DNA of 30,050 nt from a virus (Duplodnaviria; Caudoviricetes). The stretch is taken from positions 1 to 30,050 of IMG/VR virus record IMGVR_UViG_3300011339_001211. The stretch is one strand, 5' to 3'. The notes under the pieces are model-generated. The model searched no databases. It was given only the letters and a program-made list of their open reading frames with translations, and had not been told where the DNA came from. This document shows positions 16,114 through 23,797 of the stretch, in pieces (the stretch's first letter is position 1; each line of letters opens with the position of its first letter). The position numbers and the translations under genes were made by a program.

Positions 16114-18594
16114 TTATCTTTGAACTGCTCTATTTGCTGCAGTGAATCCTCCTCGATTAACTAACTTTATTGGTCCTGATGGATCGGATATCACGTATCC
16201 TTCGCCGCCTGATTCATCTCCTATAGAAGCTTTTACTCCTAGATCTTGAGAATCTAACTGAGCTATTATGGAGTTCTTTAGGTTGTTTATAGCTTTTACT
16301 GCATTGAATATCTTTTCTAGATCTGACTGATTCTGTTGAGAATACTCTATCATTTTGGTTTTTTTACCATCACTAATAGTCTTCTCATTCTCCAAGAAAT
16401 TAATAAACTCTTTAGCACTAAGCGTATTCATGCTTGCGGCCTTTGAATTCGTAAACTTGTATAGCATGTCAGCGTAATCACTCATTTTTTCTTGACTAAG
16501 CTTGCTTTTATCGAGCAGTTTGTCTGCAGATTTAGCGCTAGAGACAGCTGATTTAGCTGCGCTCATTAACTTACTGTCTATCTTAGCTCCACTTTTTGGG
16601 AACACCGGTGAGAACACCATGAGTCCTCCTGCTGGATTGAACTTGTACTGCTTTGCGTCCTTAACTCCTGATTCTTTGCCGTCTAAGGATTGATAAACGT
16701 GAGGAATAACTCCAACTTCGCTTTTGGTTATCTGCTTTCCTAGTTCGCTATTATCAGGAATCTTGTACGTAGTAATATTCGGTTTGAATACGTATTCTCC
16801 GTCTACAACTTCTGGTTTGCTTTGGTATAATAAGTCTCCTTTGAAGTATCCAGTGAGTCCTTTTGGCCAAGAGTTCTTGAACACATCGTAGGCATTTGCC
16901 ATGCTTTTTGCGAAAGCAAAATTGGGTTTTGTTCCGCTCTTTTCGGCAGATTTTATTGCCCTATTCTTGAACATCGTCTCTATTTCTTTAGCGCTCTTAG
17001 CTTTTCCGTCGTATCCTTTTGCTGTGAATCCACTCTTGTCTGTTAGAATAAAGTTACCGTTTTCGTCTACTCCAAACACTACGGCTGGTGATCCGTCCCA
17101 TTTTACGGATGTGGTTGACGGGTCTTTTGCTGCTCTATCCATTACTTGTAAAGCTTTCTCTGCGCCCTTAGATCCGTCCCAATATATTAAGTCTTCTGGG
17201 TGTTGGATTCTGGCCGATGCGGCCTCGAGTAACATGAATAATCTTTGTATCTTTTTTAGGGACTCTTTGAGATCTTCTTTTTTAGGAAGTTCAAGACCGT
17301 CTTTTGCTAGATCCTGTCTCGCTTGTGCTACCCAATCTTCGTACTGCGGCTTATTCTTTATAAATTTAACGATTGCTTCTACGCTTGTTAAGTCTTCAGG
17401 TTTTGCTCCCTGACCAAGTAACTTAGTTGCTATTTCGCTAGGATTTTTACTTATTACTTTGTTTGTTGCTCTATCTACTAGACCATTAAGATAAGACCAT
17501 TTCATACCTTGAGCTTTCGCTATACTAGCCAATACTAAGTGCTTGTGAACTCCTTTGTAAGGACTATCCTTAGCTCCGCCTTGCATAGAGAACTTCATAA
17601 ATTCAACATCATCGTTAAACATAAAGTCTGATTGTACAAATCCATTTTTAGGATCTCCTGCTATTGGAGTCTTTACATGGACATTAGTTCCTGACTTTTT
17701 AATGTCTGCTTTATCTATTCCGTTTGATGTAAGCTTATTTATTAATGAATTTTGATCTATTTTATTTTTATCTACTCCAAGATCGAGGTCTCCGCTATCT
17801 GCTTTTTTGCCAGTAGTTCCAAGCATGCTGTCTTTAAGAGAAAGACCAGACTTGTCTTCTAACCAGTCTATCGTTTTGTCTATGTCTGCTAGTTTGATTC
17901 TTTGTGTTCCTTGAAATACATTTCCTCCCTCAACCAATAAAGTACGAATCAGAGTAGAAAGGACCACCCTCTCTTCTATAATCTCGTATATTGGTTTCGC
18001 CTCTTTCATAGAGGTTGCGAATTTTTTTTTAAGCATTGACTCTATTTCAGAATCATACCAACCAAAAATATCTTTGAACTGTTTTGGTGTTGATTTTGGA
18101 TTAGATAACGCTTTTCTTATATTTGTTCCACTCATTTCACCTATTCCTTCAATATCGTAAGAAACGTGAGGAGCTACTACTAGATAACCATGTTCTGTGT
18201 ACGGTTTTAATTCTTTGTTGGGTTCGTACTTTTGAAAGTATGTATCGCCTCCGTCTTTTTTCTTGCCTATCTTGAATCTCGCATCCTCTTGCATATCCTT
18301 ATCTCCTACCATAAACACTATTGCTGTAGTCTCTGGATCATATTTTGATGTGATCTCTTCTGCTTTGTACGGATTTTTTACTTGAACTAACTGATTCGTT
18401 ATTCCGTACTTGTTAGCGACAGATCTTTTTTCATTAAAATTAAGAGGACTTTTTGGAGGATCTACCTTATCTGAGGTTGCAATATACGTCTTATCAGATC
18501 CAAACTTTTTTTCTAACCACTTAAAAGCATCATAGTGGTGGCGTCCCATCGGTTGAAAACGACCTGGATATATCGCTATGATATTTTTTATCAT
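16114..18594 (-). CDS. Three-domain protein: cytidylyltransferase-like (HIGH/Rossmann) + Pol-beta-type nucleotidyltransferase + RNA-ligase-like (KxDG) domain
   Basis: Domain 1: YPGRFQPMGRHH...VGDKD...MSGTNIR. Domain 2: LGTTGKKADSGDLDL...VQSDFM. Domain 3: IQHPED...VKWDGSPAVVFG...FKGDLLY...GEGYV...IKLVNR. Confidence 0.75.
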   Translation of the reverse strand: MIKNIIAIYPGRFQPMGRHHYDAFKWLEKKFGSDKTYIATSDKVDPPKSPLNFNEKRSVANKYGITNQLVQVKNPYKAEEITSKYDPETTAIVFMVGDKDMQEDARFKIGKKKDGGDTYFQKYEPNKELKPYTEHGYLVVAPHVSYDIEGIGEMSGTNIRKALSNPKSTPKQFKDIFGWYDSEIESMLKKKFATSMKEAKPIYEIIEERVVLSTLIRTLLVEGGNVFQGTQRIKLADIDKTIDWLEDKSGLSLKDSMLGTTGKKADSGDLDLGVDKNKIDQNSLINKLTSNGIDKADIKKSGTNVHVKTPIAGDPKNGFVQSDFMFNDDVEFMKFSMQGGAKDSPYKGVHKHLVLASIAKAQGMKWSYLNGLVDRATNKVISKNPSEIATKLLGQGAKPEDLTSVEAIVKFIKNKPQYEDWVAQARQDLAKDGLELPKKEDLKESLKKIQRLFMLLEAASARIQHPEDLIYWDGSKGAEKALQVMDRAAKDPSTTSVKWDGSPAVVFGVDENGNFILTDKSGFTAKGYDGKAKSAKEIETMFKNRAIKSAEKSGTKPNFAFAKSMANAYDVFKNSWPKGLTGYFKGDLLYQSKPEVVDGEYVFKPNITTYKIPDNSELGKQITKSEVGVIPHVYQSLDGKESGVKDAKQYKFNPAGGLMVFSPVFPKSGAKIDSKLMSAAKSAVSSAKSADKLLDKSKLSQEKMSDYADMLYKFTNSKAASMNTLSAKEFINFLENEKTISDGKKTKMIEYSQQNQSDLEKIFNAVKAINNLKNSIIAQLDSQDLGVKASIGDESGGEGYVISDPSGPIKLVNRGGFTAANRAVQR

Positions 18595-18614
18595 TTGTTA
18601 TTTGTTATTCTCGT

Positions 18615-18842
18615 CTATGGTAATGTAGTAGTGGTAGTAGTCGTACTAGTTGTAGTAGTTGTAGTCGTAGTAGGTGGAGGTGTTGGTGGTACTCCTCCAG
18701 CTAAAGCGTCTCTATCGGTTGAAGCGTAAGCTTTTGGATTTGTAAGTCCATTCAAACTTTGATAAGTGTCTGGAATAACTTGTCCAGAAAAGACGCTCCT
18801 ATCGGATTTTGATTTTGCTAGTAAGCTAGAATTCTTTGCCAT
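18615..18842 (-). CDS. Small protein (75 aa) with Pro/Thr-rich tail
   Basis: ATG preceded by two ATATTTAT motifs; ends PPTPPPTTTTTTTTSTTTTTTTLP. Confidence 0.65.
   Translation of the reverse strand: MAKNSSLLAKSKSDRSVFSGQVIPDTYQSLNGLTNPKAYASTDRDALAGGVPPTPPPTTTTTTTTSTTTTTTTLP
18624..18672 (-). repeat. Imperfect ACN trinucleotide run encoding poly-Thr
   Basis: + strand gtagtagtggtagtagtcgtactagttgtagtagttgtagtcgtagtag; third codon positions vary while Thr is kept. Confidence 0.8.
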
Positions 18843-18846
18843 GATA

Positions 18847-18900
18847 ATAAATATCGTTTTTAAATTTTATGCGTGTTTATACACTATTACATATAAATAT
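18847..18900 (-). promoter_or_regulatory. Tandem putative late promoter motifs ATATTTAT (18847-18854 and 18893-18900)
   Basis: Two exact copies in the 58-nt gap between the recombination gene and the accessory cluster. Confidence 0.62.
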
Positions 18901-21900
18901 CTAGTTTGTGTGTTGTACGTTAGATCTACCGTCTATCTTGTTTATTTCTATTTGGTGATCTACAGCGTCTCTCATTGAGTCTATGTGAGATATAATCATG
19001 ATAAATTTGAATTGATTTTTTAAGTGATCGAAGTAAGATACAATGCTTCCTAAGTTGTTTGTGTCTAATGCTCCGAATCCTTCATCTATCGCTATAAAAT
19101 TAGGTCTTGGTAGTGATGATATATTGATAAGAGATGACCTTATAGCTAGACTTGATACAAACTTCTCCATTCCTGAAGTTAGTTCTATAGGCCAGTACCT
19201 CTCGTTATCGTAGGCTATATAAGCATTGATATTCTTGTCGTCAGGATAAAGCACTACTTGAAAATCTACTAGCTGTTGAAGTATAGCGTTTATCTCATCT
19301 TGCAATTGAGGTATTGTATTTGATATTAATTCGTGAGGAACTCCGTCTCTGTGAACTGCTTCGCTATAGTACTTATAAACATCGTACTTGGATTGAAGCT
19401 TTACCAACTCAGTAAGATCGTTTGTGTACTTGTCTCTATTTGAACTAAGGGAGTTTACTTTTATCAGAGCCTCAGTAAGATCGTCGCTTACTATTTTAAG
19501 GTTGTTCTCTACTGTTTTATACTCTAGTTCGTAAGAATCTATCCTAGATTGCACTTGAGCGTTCTGTTCTATCTTCTTTTTTTCTTTTCTGTAAGTATCT
19601 AGCTCAGACTCTTTGTCTTTTATTTTTTGTTTTATGTTTGTTTGATCTATTTGTACCTTCTGAAGATCTGATTGTAACTTTAATGACTTCTTTTCTTTAT
19701 CATTTATTATTTGTAATAAGGCATCGTACTCTCTTTTGTGCTCCTCTACATTACCTAGCTTTTTAATCTGCTGATCTATAATTTCGATGTCTGTTTCTAT
19801 TGTGTCTTTTTGTTTTATAAGATCCTCATGACTCTGTTTTGTAGAAATAGCGTCTTTTACAAATACATTATTCATACAATAAGAACAATTCTCGTCGTAT
19901 TCCAACTCATTTAACTTATCTAGTTTATCTTTTTGATGGGATAAGTGAATATTAAGCTTATTAAGCTCTATATTTGCGGTATTTTTAAGTTTATTTAGAT
20001 CTTTTAGCGATTGTAGTCTTTTATTTAGTTCTTCTATTTGTACTCTTTCTAATGTATTGTTATAAGTCGCTAAATGTTCTTTTATAGTAGTATGTTCTAA
20101 TGCTATTATAGCTTCTTCAGTAACTTGTTTCTTTAGATCTTCTTCTAGAGACAACACTTCTGATCTTACTTGCTGTTCGTCTATCGCTTTAGAGCTTACT
20201 GATTGAAGCATGATGTGCTCTTCAAGTATTCTTTTATTTAGACTATCCTTATCAATAATTAAATTATCTTTTTGGATCTTTAGATCGTCTATTTTTTGGT
20301 TTATTTCTGTTTTTTCTTGATCTATTTTAGATATTTCAGTAGAATGATCTACTTTTTGGTACTGTTTCATTACTGCAGAGATATCTTTCATCTCGTTGTT
20401 AGCAAAGTCGTACATAGTTTCGAACACATTGATGTCCAGGAACTGACTGAGTAGCTCTTTTCTATCCTTTTGGTTCATATCTATGAATCCAGAATTAGCT
20501 CCCTGTGCGCTCAGGGCAGTCAGAGTGAAGTCCTCGTAGCTTCCTAACACAGATCTTATGCTAGCATTAGTGTCGTTTCTTTCTTTACCGTTTAATGAGA
20601 TTTTATTCCCTAAATCATCGGTATAATAGAAGTTAACTTTTACCCTAACGTTACCATTCTTTTCTCTCAATCCATCTCTTTCTATTACATAGTTTTTGCC
20701 ATCTAACTCAAAATCTAGCTTACAATAAAACGTATTTGAAGAGCTATTTAGCACTTGAGAAGATCTATTCGTCTTAGAGCACTTGTCAAATACACAATAA
20801 CTAAGAGCATCCAGTAGAGTAGACTTGCCTGATGCGTTTGCTGCAAATATACCATAAGTTCCAGCCATATCAGTAAAGTCTATAGTATTATCTTTACCGT
20901 AACTAAACATGTTTTCGAACTCAAATTTCTTTGGCAGCCAAACTATATTCCTTGAACTCTCTGTTTTTGGTAACTGTTGATTAATATAAGCATTTATAGA
21001 TCTTATGCTTTCTTTTTGATCATCAGTTAGCTTATGCTTTTTACTTAAAAACTTCTCTATTAATGAGTTTTGCTGATGTTCGTCTCTTACATCTACTACT
21101 CTGCTTGATCTATGACTTGGATTATTTAATTCTTGTGGACCATTTATTCTCTGTATTGATTGCTCTACTATGGTTCTTTCGCTTTTAATTCCACTAATGA
21201 TCTCTTTTAGTCTAATCTGATCGGTATTAGTATGTCGAACTCTAAGATATAAATTAGTAGGTAGATTTTCAGGAATGGGATCGTGCTTTCCATTTTCTAC
21301 ATACACAGTATAGAATGCTGTATCGTTTGGTATACTAACGTATTCGCTAGATTTGTCTTTTAAGTTCCATACTAGAATACCGTGATCTAAGCTCTCTCCG
21401 TGATTCTGTTGAATTAGCGATCCAGGGTATGCTATTGTTTTCTCTTCATTAAGATATTGTAACTTATGAATGTCTCCAAGTAGAGTGATATCAAATCCAT
21501 CGAAGTGTTTAGTTGTTATCTTTCCTCCTTCTAACTTGAATCCTACTTCAGTAAGCGCATTCTGTACAGCACCATGATACATACAGATCTTATAATCAGC
21601 CTCTATATCTGAAGCACATATATAATTATCGTCAAACACCGACCAATGACAGAAGGTCACATTTCCTATATTGAATACTTCGCTGTTCACTGAGTAATAT
21701 AGATTCTTGTGATTAAGCGCATTGACTATTGGAGTCAAGGCATCCATTCTGTGGTTATTATTTAGATTAGCATCGTGATTTCCAGGAATAAGTAAAACTG
21801 GAGCTATATCTGCCAATGACTTTAGTAGATCTTGCACTTCGAATACTAGCTCAGGAGTTACGTCTGTTTTAGAGTGAACTATGTCTCCAGTCAATACTAT

Positions 21901-22053
21901 TAGAGACTTATCGTCTACTGACCAAAAAATCTTTTCTTTTAGCAGATGAAAAACTCTTCTGTATTCTTTGTGTCTTTTAAAATTCCTAATATGAATATCG
22001 CTAACGTGATATATCTTATTAACTTCAGATAAATTTAATACGTTCTTAATCAT
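18901..22053 (-). CDS. Fused Mre11/SbcD nuclease - Rad50/SbcC ATPase (gp47-gp46 equivalent)
   Basis: N-terminal phosphoesterase motifs SDIH, TGDIVH, PGNHD, YHG, LGDIH, YPGS. Then Walker A NASGKST, coiled coil with CSYC hook, signature TSGME, Walker B IAIDEGFGALD and ISH, all in one frame. Confidence 0.93.
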   Translation of the reverse strand: MIKNVLNLSEVNKIYHVSDIHIRNFKRHKEYRRVFHLLKEKIFWSVDDKSLIVLTGDIVHSKTDVTPELVFEVQDLLKSLADIAPVLLIPGNHDANLNNNHRMDALTPIVNALNHKNLYYSVNSEVFNIGNVTFCHWSVFDDNYICASDIEADYKICMYHGAVQNALTEVGFKLEGGKITTKHFDGFDITLLGDIHKLQYLNEEKTIAYPGSLIQQNHGESLDHGILVWNLKDKSSEYVSIPNDTAFYTVYVENGKHDPIPENLPTNLYLRVRHTNTDQIRLKEIISGIKSERTIVEQSIQRINGPQELNNPSHRSSRVVDVRDEHQQNSLIEKFLSKKHKLTDDQKESIRSINAYINQQLPKTESSRNIVWLPKKFEFENMFSYGKDNTIDFTDMAGTYGIFAANASGKSTLLDALSYCVFDKCSKTNRSSQVLNSSSNTFYCKLDFELDGKNYVIERDGLREKNGNVRVKVNFYYTDDLGNKISLNGKERNDTNASIRSVLGSYEDFTLTALSAQGANSGFIDMNQKDRKELLSQFLDINVFETMYDFANNEMKDISAVMKQYQKVDHSTEISKIDQEKTEINQKIDDLKIQKDNLIIDKDSLNKRILEEHIMLQSVSSKAIDEQQVRSEVLSLEEDLKKQVTEEAIIALEHTTIKEHLATYNNTLERVQIEELNKRLQSLKDLNKLKNTANIELNKLNIHLSHQKDKLDKLNELEYDENCSYCMNNVFVKDAISTKQSHEDLIKQKDTIETDIEIIDQQIKKLGNVEEHKREYDALLQIINDKEKKSLKLQSDLQKVQIDQTNIKQKIKDKESELDTYRKEKKKIEQNAQVQSRIDSYELEYKTVENNLKIVSDDLTEALIKVNSLSSNRDKYTNDLTELVKLQSKYDVYKYYSEAVHRDGVPHELISNTIPQLQDEINAILQQLVDFQVVLYPDDKNINAYIAYDNERYWPIELTSGMEKFVSSLAIRSSLINISSLPRPNFIAIDEGFGALDTNNLGSIVSYFDHLKNQFKFIMIISHIDSMRDAVDHQIEINKIDGRSNVQHTN

Positions 22054-22979
22054 GCTGTCAACATCATCTTTTTTAGCAAGAAGTCTGAGAATGTCATTGG
22101 TCTTGCTTTGTGTAATAATTCCGTTATCTTTTCAAATCCTAGATCTGATGGATCTTTTCCATCTAATTCAATCAGGTATACTTCTTTTCCCATGTTAACT
22201 AGCTTTTCTGAATAGTTAAGCGCTTCTTTCAGAGCGTCTTTGTCTAATGCAAGATACACTGTTTTTACTTGAGATTCTGCTAGTTTTAGCATTATAGCTT
22301 TTGGTATTGTCTTACCAAATAATGGTATTGCGTTTCTTTTTATTGCAATTGCATCAAATATACCTTCACAAAGTATAACTGGAACTGACCAGTTTATGGT
22401 GTTTTCTAATCCTATAATTTCTGCTTTGTTACATGTTGGAGCGTCAAACTTTCTTGAAGGATTCTTTTCGAAAGACCTTGCCATAAAGTAGTTAGCGATA
22501 CCTCTTTTGTTGTAAGAAGGTATGATAACTCTGTTTCTATATCTACCATTAGAGCAATATCCTATGTTATATTTTATGATATCGCTTTCAGTAATACCTC
22601 TAGATTTTACGTAAGCTAGAGCTTGTCTTTTTTCTAGAGTATTGTTATCGTCTAACAAGCTTATGAATTCTTTAGGCAAACTAACCGTAGTGATTATGCT
22701 CTCGTCTTGCTTTTTAAGATATCCTAAGTATCCCTTCAGTTCAACTATCTTATCGCTTGGCGCACCTATTTTGTTTAGTAGAGTAACAGGATTTTGTCCT
22801 TTTGTGGCAGGATGACATGTAAAACAATTATATTTTCCAGTATTTAGATTAACAATAAGTTTTGGGTTCTTGTGATTACATATAGGACAATAAAATCCAT
22901 AGTCACCAGTTTTTGGAAACTGCTTGCCTTTACCAAGAACAGATTCTAAAACTCCAAGTATTAAACCTTCATTATTCAT
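22050..22979 (-). CDS. dnaG: DNA primase (DnaG-type: Zn finger + TOPRIM)
   Basis: CPICNH...CFTC zinc-binding domain, RVIIP, ILCEGIFDAI, LALDKDA, KDPSD. Confidence 0.9.
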   Translation of the reverse strand: MNNEGLILGVLESVLGKGKQFPKTGDYGFYCPICNHKNPKLIVNLNTGKYNCFTCHPATKGQNPVTLLNKIGAPSDKIVELKGYLGYLKKQDESIITTVSLPKEFISLLDDNNTLEKRQALAYVKSRGITESDIIKYNIGYCSNGRYRNRVIIPSYNKRGIANYFMARSFEKNPSRKFDAPTCNKAEIIGLENTINWSVPVILCEGIFDAIAIKRNAIPLFGKTIPKAIMLKLAESQVKTVYLALDKDALKEALNYSEKLVNMGKEVYLIELDGKDPSDLGFEKITELLHKARPMTFSDFLLKKMMLTA

Positions 22980-22984
22980 ATTAT

Positions 22985-22992
22985 CAAATATA
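22985..22992 (-). promoter_or_regulatory. Bacteroidota-type -7 promoter element (TATATTTG) for the primase arm
   Basis: Exact TAnnTTTG match ending 5 nt before the primase ATG; no clear -33 TTTG. Confidence 0.5.
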
Positions 22993-23039
22993 ATACAATT
23001 TATTGACTTAATAAAATAAATGTGAAATATATTTTTTTA

Positions 23040-23063
23040 TTTGAATTTTATTTGTTATATTTA
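23040..23063 (+). promoter_or_regulatory. Bacteroidota-like promoter (TTTG ... TATATTTA) for the rightward arm
   Basis: TTTG at 23040-23043 and TATATTTA at 23056-23063 (one mismatch to TAnnTTTG), back-to-back with the leftward element across an AT-rich spacer. Confidence 0.45.
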
Positions 23064-23069
23064 CTTTAA

Positions 23070-23305
23070 TAACGTCGAACTGTATCGCTACGACATAGCC
23101 TGGTGAGATTCCACGAGTGATCGAAATAGCGGACCAGAGTGCATCGACTACCAGGAGAGGACAGTAAATCGCCTCCAGGTATATAAATAGAAGGTTTTAA
23201 TAAAAGTTGAAATTGAATATCGGTAGAATCCGACGGTATAAAGTCCGCTAGAGTTTTTCAACCATAAACAAAATTCGAAACAAGTGTCAAAAAAACAATA
23301 CTCTA
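23070..23305 (+). ncRNA. Candidate structured non-coding RNA or long leader; family not recognised, strand inferred
   Basis: Largest gene-free stretch in the window, locally GC-richer in its first half. Stems CCTGGT/ACCAGG, TCGA/TCGA, GAGG/CCTC, GTTGAAA/TTTCAAC, TCGG/CCGA; long-range pair TAGCGGAC 23127-23134 / GTCCGCTA 23243-23250. Confidence 0.5.
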
Positions 23306-23315
23306 AAAATTCTCT

Positions 23316-23480
23316 ATGCAACAAAATGAAGAAAACATAGAACATCAAGAAATTTCAGAAGAACAACTAGAAGCTCTCTACATCTTCTTATCAATTAGTT
23401 GGGAAACATTCACAGATGATGAAAAAGAGTATTGGAAAATAATTATGGAAAAGATAGACCCAGAATTTAACTATGAGTAA
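23316..23480 (+). CDS. Small acidic protein (54 aa)
   Basis: Below ORF-track cutoff. MQQNEENIEHQEISEEQLEALYIFLSISWETFTDDEKEYWKIIMEKIDPEFNYE; overlaps the next start by 8 nt (ATGAGTAA). Confidence 0.7.
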   Translation: MQQNEENIEHQEISEEQLEALYIFLSISWETFTDDEKEYWKIIMEKIDPEFNYE

Positions 23481-23787
23481 CAAAATAGAATTATACGTAC
23501 TAGACGGATGCGAGAAATGCACTAGGATAAAATATGCTCTTATTTCTGAAGAGATAGAATATGAAGAGATGAACTGTACTAGTTCTGAAAATAAGAAGTG
23601 CGATAACTTAGAAGACCGGGTAGATTGCGGCAAATATCCAATGGCAGTAGTAAAGAAAAGAGGAGCTACAAGCGTAATCTACTTCTGCGAAAAACAGTCT
23701 ACTGGAGGAACTACCGTGATTAATAAAAGAATTCCTGTAGACTCTGAAGATAAGTTTATCCAAGAAATAAAAAAGGCTTACTTTTAA
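23473..23787 (+). CDS. Glutaredoxin/thioredoxin-fold protein
   Basis: IELYVLDGCEKC (CxxC), cis-Pro-like KYPM; four additional Cys. Confidence 0.75.
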   Translation: MSNKIELYVLDGCEKCTRIKYALISEEIEYEEMNCTSSENKKCDNLEDRVDCGKYPMAVVKKRGATSVIYFCEKQSTGGTTVINKRIPVDSEDKFIQEIKKAYF

Positions 23788-23797
23788 AAAAAAGTTT

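Noticed and set aside
88-18978. Numerous short plus-strand ORFs in the track (e.g. 282-611, 6617-6958, 16901-17413, 18535-18729)
   Set aside because: They lie antisense to well-supported minus-strand genes or their regulatory regions and have the Phe/Leu/Ser-rich composition expected of shadows of Lys/Glu-rich genes.
341-22053. Stop-codon reassignment as seen in some large phages
   Set aside because: TAG and TGA terminate intact genes (protease, endolysin and Mre11-Rad50 end in TAG; primase ends in TGA) and coding density is already high under the standard code.
23070-23305. Identification of the element as RNase P RNA, tmRNA, tRNA or hammerhead ribozyme
   Set aside because: AAAGTCC resembles RNase P CR-I, but the other conserved regions and their order are missing; there is no tRNA-like acceptor or T arm and no CUGANGA/GAAA core.
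23148-23633. Minus-strand ORFs 23148-23348 and 23391-23633 (likewise 28615-28908, 29430-29633 and the nested 11065-11313, 13536-13721)
   Set aside because: They overlap better-supported genes or the structured element and show no recognisable motifs.
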